Of a DNA stretch of 63,650 nt, positions 56,622 to 63,650 are shown one piece after another; the first letter of the stretch is position 1; each line of letters starts with the position of its first letter. The stretch is from contig CAZZMI010000001.1 of the NCBI GenBank assembly GCA_964655275.1, positions 102,504-166,153 of the forward strand, given 5' to 3'. Position numbers and translations under genes: made by a program. The notes beneath the pieces were generated by a model that was given only the letters and a program-made list of their open reading frames with translations, was not told the DNA's origin and made no database searches. The stretch is from an uncultured Anaerolineae bacterium (lineage in GTDB: Bacteria > Chloroflexota > Anaerolineae > SpSt-600).

Positions 56622-57545
56622 TTATTCTTCAGGCCCACCAAGTTTTACAGCACTAAAAATACGTTTTGGGCTCACAAATCCGCCAGTTGAATCTATACGG
56701 CCCGCACTACCGAAAAGCCTTATCTTCTCACGCACAGCTTCTTTAACATATTCGCGGCTTATCGCAAGGAACTTGCGGGGATCAACTTCATCAGGCATTT
56801 TCTCAAGCCCCTCTTTAAGCCCCCGCACGAAAGCCTGGTTAAGGTATGTAGCAACGTTTATTTTGCTTATGCCGTTTTCAATGGCCTCTAAGATGCTCTC
56901 ATCCTTAACCCCTGATGACCCATGGAGAACCAGTGGTATGTTTACCTTCTTGCGGATAGCCTTGAGCCTCTCAATATCAAGGGTAGCTTCTTGCTCCCTC
57001 ATTGCGTGGATGGAGCCAATGGCCACCGCCAGGGAATCAGCTCCGGTGAGACGAACGAACTCAGCTGCCTGGTCAGGGTCAGTCATGGCTTTTTCCACAT
57101 CTTCAGGGGTAACCTTATCAGTTACCTGAAGGACCTGACCAAGCTCAGCTTCTACGGGAATCCCCACGGCATGAGCCACTTCGCAGATCTTACGGGTTAT
57201 GGCCACATTTTCTTCGAAAGGCAGCTTGGAACCATCAAACATTAGAGAAGTGAATCCAGCCCGGAGACAAAGGATATTCTGCTCAAAGCTTGTGCCGTGA
57301 TCCAAATGCAGGACCACAGGGATGTTCACCTGCGAAGCTACTATTTTCACCATCCCTGCTGCCAGTTCCAACCCAGCATAGCGGATAGCTCCCTGGCTTA
57401 CTTGCAGGATCACAGGAGCTCGCTCCTCCTGCGCTGCTTCCACAATGGCCTGAATCTGCTCCATGTTGTTAGCATTGAAGGCACCAATGGCATAATGTTC
57501 TTCAAAAGCCCTTTGAAGCAATTCTTTACTGGTTACCAGTGGCAT
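56622..57545 (-). CDS. fba: Class II fructose-bisphosphate aldolase
   Basis: YAIGAFNANNMEQ, PVILQVSQGA, LHLDHGTSF, LVLHGSSG. Confidence 0.9.
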   Translation of the reverse strand: MPLVTSKELLQRAFEEHYAIGAFNANNMEQIQAIVEAAQEERAPVILQVSQGAIRYAGLELAAGMVKIVASQVNIPVVLHLDHGTSFEQNILCLRAGFTSLMFDGSKLPFEENVAITRKICEVAHAVGIPVEAELGQVLQVTDKVTPEDVEKAMTDPDQAAEFVRLTGADSLAVAIGSIHAMREQEATLDIERLKAIRKKVNIPLVLHGSSGVKDESILEAIENGISKINVATYLNQAFVRGLKEGLEKMPDEVDPRKFLAISREYVKEAVREKIRLFGSAGRIDSTGGFVSPKRIFSAVKLGGPEE

Positions 57546-57556
57546 GTTATCCCTCC

Positions 57557-58765
57557 TTAAAGCAATTTCCTGGGAACTTTTACCCCCCTGAGCCTGGCAT
57601 AAGGAGGCAAGGCCTCCCCAATCAAGGGGCGGGCATATTCAATGAAAGCTTTGGTTACAAAGTTGCTTTCCTCGTTTATGTATTCATCTGGCAAGTAGCG
57701 CTCAACATTAGCCACTTTTTCTAACTCCACAAGACCGGTGGTGGAACGGTAAACCGGGCCTGGTTCCCGGATTATTGTGACCATCTTACCAGTCTCGCCA
57801 GCCAATGCTGCTTTCACCGCAGCCCTTCCTACTTCATAAGCTTCCTGGCGATCCACCTCGGAAACGGCCAGTGCAAAGGAACGGTAGAGGTAATTAGGCT
57901 TGTCTATACGAACGCTAAGGCCAAGTTCAGCTTTTATCAGGGAAGAAGCGGCATCCGAAGCCCCACCTTTGAGCACGTGCCCGAAGGCGTCAACTTCTTT
58001 GGGGGCAAATTCTCCACCGAAAGGCTCGCCAGCCTCGTTCTTCACCCCCTCACTCAGGGCGATGACTACATAGCCATATCGCCGGTAGGCCTCTTCTACA
58101 TCTTTGAGGAGTTTTTCCCTGGAAAGAAGCCTCTCGGGAAAATAAATGAGGTGTGGGGGGTCATCTTCCTGTTCTTTGGCCAGGGCGGCCGCTCCCACAA
58201 GCCAGCCAGCATTTCTGCCCATAACCTCAATAATTTTGACCGGGCTATTTACCCGCATGGCTTTTGTATCCCAACCTGAATCCCTCACAGCCATGGCAAC
58301 GAACCGGGCAGCGCTTCCGTAGCCCGGGCAATGGTCAGTATGGGCAAGGTCATTGTCTATGGTTTTGGGAACTCCTATAACCCGAAGCTCATAACCGGAA
58401 TCCATGGCCAAGCGGTTAAGTTTCATGGCAGTATCCATGGAATCGTTCCCACCGATATAGAAGAAGTAGCGGATGTTATGAGCTCTGAAAACCTGGAGGA
58501 TTCGCTCATAGTCCTCTTCTTTGACTTTGTACCTTATACTGCCCAGAGCAGCTCCGGGGGTATAGCGCAAGCCCTCCAGAATCTCTTCCGGCTCCTTAGT
58601 AAGGTCAACGAAATCCTCTTCAAGCACCCCTTTTATTCCATTGATAGCTCCATAGACTGCCTCTATCTCGGGATGTCTGAGGGCCTCGTGGATAATTCCT
58701 ACCAGGGTGCTATTTATGACAGCTGTTGGTCCTCCAGATTGTCCAACTACAACTTTCCCTTTCAT
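57557..58765 (-). CDS. 6-phosphofructokinase of the PPi-dependent (Pfp-like) type
   Basis: VGQSGGPTAVINS (Pfp-type N-terminus), IGGNDSMDTA, PKTIDNDL, MGRNAGWL. Confidence 0.85.
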   Translation of the reverse strand: MKGKVVVGQSGGPTAVINSTLVGIIHEALRHPEIEAVYGAINGIKGVLEEDFVDLTKEPEEILEGLRYTPGAALGSIRYKVKEEDYERILQVFRAHNIRYFFYIGGNDSMDTAMKLNRLAMDSGYELRVIGVPKTIDNDLAHTDHCPGYGSAARFVAMAVRDSGWDTKAMRVNSPVKIIEVMGRNAGWLVGAAALAKEQEDDPPHLIYFPERLLSREKLLKDVEEAYRRYGYVVIALSEGVKNEAGEPFGGEFAPKEVDAFGHVLKGGASDAASSLIKAELGLSVRIDKPNYLYRSFALAVSEVDRQEAYEVGRAAVKAALAGETGKMVTIIREPGPVYRSTTGLVELEKVANVERYLPDEYINEESNFVTKAFIEYARPLIGEALPPYARLRGVKVPRKLL

Positions 58766-58867
58766 AGCTTACCTCCTTAAAAAGGAAAGAGGGAAAGGCC
58801 TTCTTTGGCCCTTCCCTCCACACTGAGTTATTAATATTTTACCACGCACTCCAAATTAGTTCAAGGC

Positions 58868-58896
58868 TTGACGCAAGCTCTTACAATGGTTATAAT
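58868..58896 (+). promoter_or_regulatory. Consensus sigma70 promoter for tRNA-Ser
   Basis: TTGACG (58868..58873), 17 nt spacer, TATAAT (58891..58896), 11 nt before the tRNA. Confidence 0.7.
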
Positions 58897-58907
58897 TTTA
58901 ACTGGAT

Positions 58908-58998
58908 GGAGAGGTGCGAGAGTGGCCGAATCGGCGCGACTGGAAATCGCGTGGGCGTCTAAAACGGCGCCTCGTGGGTTCGAATCCCACCCTCTCCG
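58908..58998 (+). tRNA. tRNA-Ser (anticodon GGA), class II with long variable arm
   Basis: Acceptor GGAGAGG/CCTCTCC. Anticodon arm CGCGA-CTGGAAA-TCGCG. Long variable arm. T arm GTGGG-TTCGAAT-CCCAC. Confidence 0.9.
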
Positions 58999-59008
58999 CC
59001 TGAAACCA

Positions 59009-59041
59009 AAGGGCTGGCTTAAACGCCAGCCTTTGTTTTTT
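59009..59041 (+). terminator. Hairpin plus T6 after tRNA-Ser
   Basis: AAGGGCTGGC-TTAAAC-GCCAGCCTTT (10-bp stem with one wobble) followed by GTTTTTT. Confidence 0.6.
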
Positions 59042-60844
59042 ATCGCCTTTCTCCTTGCTTCCTGCTCTGGCTATACCCCCTGGAAACCAATCCACTACGG
59101 TCTTAAGGCTCAAGCTTTTGTCCTTTCCATAGCTGAAAATTCCACGGGACTGTGGGCCGCCATATACGCTAACCCCGGTTTATATCTATCCTGCGATGAA
59201 GGACAAACCTGGTACCCACTAAGAAACGGCGTCCCTCCAGGGCCAGTCTTCTCCCTCAAGACCGATCCTCTAAATCCCGGAGCCATTTATGCCGGAACAT
59301 CAAGCGGGGTTATCCGGTGTGAGGGCAAGCCCCCTTATTGCACTTATGTAGGCAGGAATCTTCCTCCCGTTAGAATTTACGCCCTGGCTTTTTCCGCGGA
59401 CAAAACCCTTTATGCTTCTCCTGATGAAGCACCCATCTATCGTTACATGAGCGGAGAATGGAAACCCCTTTCCCCTCTGAAAGCCACTGCCCTTGCCCTC
59501 CTTCCCCACCCGAAGGACCCATTAACCCTTTACGCCGGGACAGCCGGTCAGGGCATATGGAAAACCGAAGATGGGGGCTCAAGCTGGCGCAATGTCTCAA
59601 AAGGCTCAGGAATACGCCACGTTTACGCTTTAGCGGTTAACCCTTTAAACCCTCAGGAAATTTTTGCTGGCGCAAAGGAGGGCCTTTTCGCCTCTAAGGA
59701 TGGAGGTGAAACCTGGGAGAAGCTTAACTCACCGCTCACAGTTCCTGCAGCGCTACTATTCACCACTGATGGCATTTTATACGCCGGGGAGCAAAACCCG
59801 GACCCCAGCCGCGGCCGTTTCGGGGTTTATAAGAGCACGGATGGAGGGCAATCCTGGGAAAAGCTTCCCGGCTTCCCCCCAACCTCTTCCATATTCTCCC
59901 TTGCTGAAGGCTCTTCCTCCCTTTATGCGGGCGGGATTCAAGGTATTTTCAAAAGCCCTGGTAAAACCTCACCCTGGGAAGAATTAGCCACAGGCCCTGC
60001 GGGGCCCCTCGTCCTGGGAATAGCTCTTTCCCCTGAGGGCGATGCTCTTTACGCCATGACCGGCAAGGGCCTGTATGTCTCCTATGACGAAGGAGAAAAT
60101 TGGGCGCCGCTCCTGGAAGGATGGGGAGTACAAAGCTTCGCTTTCCACCCCCGTGACCCAAGGATTTTCTATGTTGGGATTATAGGGCATGGGATATGGA
60201 TTGGGGACAAATGGGAGCCTATAAGTCCTTCCTTGAATGGGCTAAGTATCCCCCAGCTAATAATAGATCCGGATGATCCCCGCTTCTTCTATGCTCGCAT
60301 ATCTTACGATCGGCTCTACCGCAGTTCTGATGGCGGTAAAACCTTCCAAAGCATTTGGAACGGCATGAAACTGAGCGATGAAGTCCTCTGTTTTGTCTAC
60401 GACCACCACAATTCCGGAACTCTCTTAGCCGGTGCAACAGAAAACCTTTACGTTACCCACAACAGAGGCGATTCCTGGGAGATAATCCCTGGCCCTTTCC
60501 AGGGACAAAGTATCCTTTCAATAGCCATAGACCCTGTTAAACCCGGACATCTCTATGTTGGTGCCACCAGAGGCTTATACGAAAGCCACGATTATGGCCA
60601 TTCCTGGCGGCTTGCTGGCTTTGAGGGTGTAACTGTATCAGTTATAACCTTTGCTCCCCCAGATTACAATGAGATTTACATTGGGACAAGGTATTCAGGC
60701 CTGTTCCGGAGCCGGGATGGGGGAAAGAGCTGGGAATTCATCGGAGAAGGGTTGCCCCAGGAAATAAGGCAGGTGCTTGTAAGCCCCGCAGGAAAAGTAT
60801 TCGTCCGAACTCCGCAAGGAATTTATCGGATGGAAAGGAAATGA
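59033..60844 (+). CDS. BNR/Asp-box repeat beta-propeller lipoprotein (sortilin/Ycf48-like)
   Basis: Lipobox FLLASC. At least 9 Asp-box-like motifs, including DEGQTW, EDGGSSW, KDGGETW, TDGGQSW, DEGENW, SDGGKTF, NRGDSW and RDGGKSW. Start is unresolved: TTG 59033 or in-frame CTG 59000. The track's longer N-terminus overlies the tRNA. Confidence 0.7.
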   Translation: MFFIAFLLASCSGYTPWKPIHYGLKAQAFVLSIAENSTGLWAAIYANPGLYLSCDEGQTWYPLRNGVPPGPVFSLKTDPLNPGAIYAGTSSGVIRCEGKPPYCTYVGRNLPPVRIYALAFSADKTLYASPDEAPIYRYMSGEWKPLSPLKATALALLPHPKDPLTLYAGTAGQGIWKTEDGGSSWRNVSKGSGIRHVYALAVNPLNPQEIFAGAKEGLFASKDGGETWEKLNSPLTVPAALLFTTDGILYAGEQNPDPSRGRFGVYKSTDGGQSWEKLPGFPPTSSIFSLAEGSSSLYAGGIQGIFKSPGKTSPWEELATGPAGPLVLGIALSPEGDALYAMTGKGLYVSYDEGENWAPLLEGWGVQSFAFHPRDPRIFYVGIIGHGIWIGDKWEPISPSLNGLSIPQLIIDPDDPRFFYARISYDRLYRSSDGGKTFQSIWNGMKLSDEVLCFVYDHHNSGTLLAGATENLYVTHNRGDSWEIIPGPFQGQSILSIAIDPVKPGHLYVGATRGLYESHDYGHSWRLAGFEGVTVSVITFAPPDYNEIYIGTRYSGLFRSRDGGKSWEFIGEGLPQEIRQVLVSPAGKVFVRTPQGIYRMERK

Positions 60845-62313
60845 AACGGGCCATCATCCTATCAATTTTGGCCTTAATCCTTACCTTATCTGGCTCTCCT
60901 GAGGACAAAAAAATCCGCTTCGGAGCTCATGTTCTTGATTCCCAAGACGAGACCTTACAGAAAGTCCGGGAGATGGGGGCTACCTGGGTTATTTACCCTG
61001 TCTTGTGGCGAGATGTTGAACCTTACCCTGGCCGATATAACTGGGCGGGGCTGGACTTAACCCTTCAGGCCATGGAGTATTACCGTCTAAACACAATCCT
61101 CAGGGTTGATCACCCCCCAGCATGGGCCTCTTTAACCCCCTACCCCAATTCCCCTCCAATGGAGCCGGACCTCTATGCCCAATTCCTGCGGAAGCTTTCA
61201 TCCCGATATAAGGGGCGGGTCAAAGCTTATATAATCTGGAACGAACCGAACCTTGCCCAGGAATGGGGCGGCCTTCCGCCCGATCCCCAGGGTTATACTT
61301 CTTTACTAAAAGCCGCCGCTAAGGCTATAAGGGAATCCGACCCGGAAGCTATAATAGTAAGTGCCGGACTTGCCCCCACGAACGAGATAAGTCAAGAAGC
61401 CATGGATGACCGCATTTATCTAAGGCACCTTTACGAAGCGGGCGCCTCGGCTTACTTTGATGTCTTAGGTGCTCACCCTTATGGTTTTGCCTATTCTCCT
61501 AAGGACCCACGTGGTGCTCACAGTGGCCTTAATATGGCCAGGCTTGAAGACCTGCGGGAGATCATGGTCCTTTATGGCGATGAAAAGAAAGAGGTATGGA
61601 TAACAGAGTTTGGCTGGACCACCGAGGGCTATGGGGTCTGGGATTGGGCCAAAGTAAGCCCCGAAGAGCAAGCCCGCTATCTTGTGGAAGCTATAAAGAT
61701 AGCAACTTTCCGCTGGCCTTGGGTTGGGCTAATGGCTGTTTGGCTTCTGAGCTCAGGTGAAGTTGAGCCGGCATATCGCGGCTTCAACCTCTTAAACCCT
61801 GATGGCTCTCCAAAACCAGCATGGGAAGCTTTAAGAGCTTTCGCCCGCTCTTCTCCCTTTATTCGCCGTGACCTTCCCCCGCCTCCCTCTTCTCCACAGC
61901 GTGTCTTTATCCTTGCCCCTGATCAAACGATACACCTGGGCGATAGCGAATATCCATACCCCTGGGAGCCACTGCACCTTATGCGTAATCCAAGCCCTTC
62001 CTGGGAATGGTCCTTTTACGTCCATAGGCCTGAAGATAAGTGCTGGCTTATGACATTGGAATTAATGCAGAGCAATGAATGGGGAAATGCCCTCTTTTTA
62101 AATGGGAAACCCGTGGCCATTTTGCCGGCAGAGGTCTGGGAGGGAATATGGGTAAATTATCCGGTGGAAATCCCTCCCGGCATATTAAAGGAGGGGCGCA
62201 ATGAAATAGCCCTAAAGATAACCAAGCGTATGCCTCCCTGGCAACATGATGACCTCATTTGGGACGACATCCAGTTCCGGAACGTAATCCTGTGGGAAAA
62301 AGCTTGCCCCTGA
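60841..62313 (+). CDS. Secreted clan GH-A-like glycoside hydrolase with C-terminal beta-sandwich
   Basis: Signal peptide MKRAIILSILALILTLSGS. IIWNEPNLAQEWGG (acid/base) and VWITEFGWTT (nucleophile). ATGA overlap with the upstream gene. Confidence 0.7.
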   Translation: MKRAIILSILALILTLSGSPEDKKIRFGAHVLDSQDETLQKVREMGATWVIYPVLWRDVEPYPGRYNWAGLDLTLQAMEYYRLNTILRVDHPPAWASLTPYPNSPPMEPDLYAQFLRKLSSRYKGRVKAYIIWNEPNLAQEWGGLPPDPQGYTSLLKAAAKAIRESDPEAIIVSAGLAPTNEISQEAMDDRIYLRHLYEAGASAYFDVLGAHPYGFAYSPKDPRGAHSGLNMARLEDLREIMVLYGDEKKEVWITEFGWTTEGYGVWDWAKVSPEEQARYLVEAIKIATFRWPWVGLMAVWLLSSGEVEPAYRGFNLLNPDGSPKPAWEALRAFARSSPFIRRDLPPPPSSPQRVFILAPDQTIHLGDSEYPYPWEPLHLMRNPSPSWEWSFYVHRPEDKCWLMTLELMQSNEWGNALFLNGKPVAILPAEVWEGIWVNYPVEIPPGILKEGRNEIALKITKRMPPWQHDDLIWDDIQFRNVILWEKACP

Positions 62314-62362
62314 GCCAAAAACCTTTGAAAAAGGGTAAGTATTACCTTGGCGCATACGCTGC

Positions 62363-62621
62363 TTAATCCACACGGCTGGCTACTTTGGCCACTACCCGGG
62401 CCGCATCTACCGCCCCCACCGCGACCTTCGCCGCCTTGCCCCCCTTCACCGCCGCGCCCGCAGCCGAAGGCACATACGGCACAGCCCAGAGCACAACATC
62501 CAAAGCCAGCCATCCCACATTCTCCCAGGAAGGTTCCGCCACTAATTACCGGCGATGTCCAGCAACCAATCAATGGGAATATGCCCGTTGGGATCGGTGT
62601 ATCGCAGATGAAGCCCGAGTT
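62363..62621 (-). pseudogene. Degraded orphan RHS C-terminal module (core-end DPxGH motif plus post-motif linker; in-frame stop and frameshift; no toxin domain)
   Basis: My translation: one frame gives KLGLHLRYTDPNGHIPIDWLLDIAGN-stop (DPNGH at 62581..62595, TAG at 62542..62544). A shifted frame continues AEPSWENVGWLALDVVLWAVPYVPSAAGAAVKGGKAAKVAVGAVDAARVVAKVASRVD-stop (62363..62365). Confidence 0.55.
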
Positions 62622-62864
62622 TTATGGATCTTTTTTCCTTAAGCTCCCTAAACCAATCCAGCTCCTCGTGCGGCCATCATACACTGTCACCATCATTTCT
62701 CCTTCAGCCCGCCATCTTGTTAAAAGTTCTCCAAAGTTCGGATATAACCAAAATGATCGGCCATCTTTGGCAATGAAACGCACAGGCACTTTCGAGACCA
62801 TTCCCTTTATCACTTCATAAGCTTCCCATGGCTCAAATATGATTAATTCTGCCGGAATCGCCAT
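62622..62864 (-). CDS. 80-aa ORF: either an immunity-type small protein or the 5' (YD-repeat-like) part of the orphan RHS module
   Basis: ATG at 62864 with AAGGGGGA RBS. LYPNFGELLTRW...VTVYDGRTR loosely resembles terminal YD repeats. The ORF ends in an A6 run, after which the DPNGH frame continues in the +1 frame. Confidence 0.45.
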   Translation of the reverse strand: MAIPAELIIFEPWEAYEVIKGMVSKVPVRFIAKDGRSFWLYPNFGELLTRWRAEGEMMVTVYDGRTRSWIGLGSLRKKDP

Positions 62865-62876
62865 GTCCGATCCCCC

Positions 62877-63068
62877 TTAACGTAGACGCTCCATCCTTAG
62901 AAGTTTCACCTCAACCGGATCTATTGTCCAGAACTCCACACCCCATCCTGCTCGAAAGCCAGGATCTCGAGGCCAGAACCAGGGCCGAACCCGTTGAGGT
63001 CCGTATATACGGGGTTGATTGAGGATCTTGAATTCGACTCGATATTCGGGAGGATATCGTAAGGCCAA
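62877..63068 (-). CDS. 63-aa ORF downstream of the RHS toxin end (immunity candidate, weak)
   Basis: TTG start only, no convincing RBS, Trp/Arg-rich, no homology recognised. Confidence 0.25.
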   Translation of the reverse strand: MALRYPPEYRVEFKILNQPRIYGPQRVRPWFWPRDPGFRAGWGVEFWTIDPVEVKLLRMERLR

Positions 63069-63146
63069 CCGACTTAGAGCTTTCCCAGCGGATTCGAATT
63101 AAAATATGTGCGACCTGGCCTTCCGCCTCGCAAGAGCCCAGTTTGC

Positions 63147-63650
63147 TCAATGGCAGTGATTTCTCCGGGAGTAGAACCCGGGGAAGCGCGCCGTTATTAT
63201 CGCCTGATCCGCCACACCACCCACGAAGGCCAGCGCACCCCCCAGGGCCGCATCCCGCGCCAGATCTTCTGGATTCCCCAACCCAGAACCAATTGATTGG
63301 CCGGTTAGTGCATTCTCCATCACACGCTCCACCTGACCTGAGAGGGCAATATTGCCAAGGCCAATCCCCGTTGCGCCTGTGGCCGCGGCGATCACAGCAG
63401 AAATCCCATAGAAAGCCGCTCCTCCCACTGCCCCCGCTACCGCGCTGGCGCCCACGGAAGCCCAATTCACATCCGTGAAGGCTTGTACGTTCAATCCATT
63501 CTGGCTGATGTTGGCAGCCACTTGGAAGCCGTAATTGATCAAGAACCCGCTAGCCGCTCCCGCTGCCATCATCACCAAGATGACCGGAACGTGGCCATCG
63601 GGATCCGCGTAGCGCAGCGGATTGTTGTAAACGTACGCATACCGGTTCAG
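63147..63650 (-). CDS. 3' end of an RHS/YD-repeat polymorphic toxin gene (partial; 5' part lies beyond the window) with a Gly/Ala-rich hydrophobic C-terminal domain
   Basis: The reading frame is open to the window edge. My translation of 63650..63591 gives LNRYAYVYNNPLRYADPDGH, the RHS core-end signature. It is followed by about 148 aa (VPVILVMMAAGAASGFLINYGF...GAVGGAAFYGISAVIAAATGATGIGLGNIAL...) and TGA at 63147. Confidence 0.75.
   Translation of the reverse strand: MNRYAYVYNNPLRYADPDGHVPVILVMMAAGAASGFLINYGFQVAANISQNGLNVQAFTDVNWASVGASAVAGAVGGAAFYGISAVIAAATGATGIGLGNIALSGQVERVMENALTGQSIGSGLGNPEDLARDAALGGALAFVGGVADQAIITARFPGFYSRRNHCH

Noticed and set aside
58868-59032. N-terminal 55 codons of track ORF 58868..60844
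   Set aside because: They run straight through the tRNA-Ser promoter, the tRNA itself and its hairpin. Only the part from 59000/59033 onward is plausibly coding.
62157-62820. Gly/Cys-rich ORF 62157..62573 (-) and Pro-rich ORF 62347..62820 (+), plus 62911..63465 (-) and 63143..63478 (+)
   Set aside because: These are off-frame or antisense readings of very GC-rich RHS-derived DNA. They overlap the convergent glycosidase gene or the real toxin frame, and have no RBS and low complexity.
1-63650. Searched by eye for CRISPR arrays, IS elements, integrases, prophage genes, restriction-modification or other defence enzymes, and rRNA
   Set aside because: None were found. The only repeats are protein-level (DUF11, Kelch, BNR, GT-C C-terminal modules), with no regularly spaced identical DNA repeats.

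Overview
Bacterial chromosomal window of 63.65 kb. By eye it is about 52-55% GC, with strong GGAGG ribosome-binding sites, many GTG/TTG starts, ATGA/TTGA-coupled genes and several near-consensus sigma70 promoters. The gene content (Flp/Tad pilins, a giant Kelch-DUF11-CARDB surface protein, many GT-C-type membrane glycosyltransferases, a PPi-type PFK) fits a monoderm, possibly thermophilic lineage such as Chloroflexota. That assignment cannot be proven from the sequence alone.

Layout by coordinate:
- 1-9.9 kb: a decayed ThDP-enzyme gene, an IclR regulator, and a minus-strand pilin cassette. The cassette is flp (47 aa, absent from the ORF track), tadE-like x2 and a TadG-like vWA protein, followed by a 1579-aa adhesin-like protein.
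- 10-22 kb: MFS transporter, lipoprotein metalloprotease, trpD, tRNA-Arg, then a plus-strand run of two deoxynucleoside kinases, lepB, deoC, a DUF2344 protein, a glycosidase-like protein, an HlyD-like adaptor and rdgB.
- 22-30.6 kb: minus-strand run of GntR/HutC regulator, Liv-type ABC transporter, hutU, IscU-DUF59 fusion and DUF166.
- 30.7-36.9 kb: a TetR-controlled glycosylation operon ending in a membrane protein with a eukaryote-like ILEI/FAM3 domain.
- 36.9-41.8 kb: tRNA-Gln, LuxR-TM-Kelch regulator, rnz, cutA, ptb, tdh, fmdB-like zinc ribbon.
- 42.2-49.4 kb: an AT-richer block of three tandem GT-C-type membrane proteins.
- 49.5-58.8 kb: DUF362 protein, a CrtI-like gene remnant, an ABC-2 exporter, a long transketolase-like protein, fba and pfk.
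- 58.9-63.65 kb: tRNA-Ser, a BNR-repeat lipoprotein, a clan GH-A-like hydrolase, and a GC-rich RHS/YD polymorphic-toxin 3' end with a degraded orphan module.

I found no CRISPR array, rRNA, transposase, integrase or recognisable defence enzyme. The most interesting candidates are:
- the pilin-only Tad cassette with its vWA pseudopilin and giant adhesin;
- the GT-C and ILEI glycosylation genes;
- the membrane-tethered LuxR-Kelch regulator;
- the RHS toxin end.

Every family assignment comes from motif recognition by eye and needs an HMM or BLAST check.
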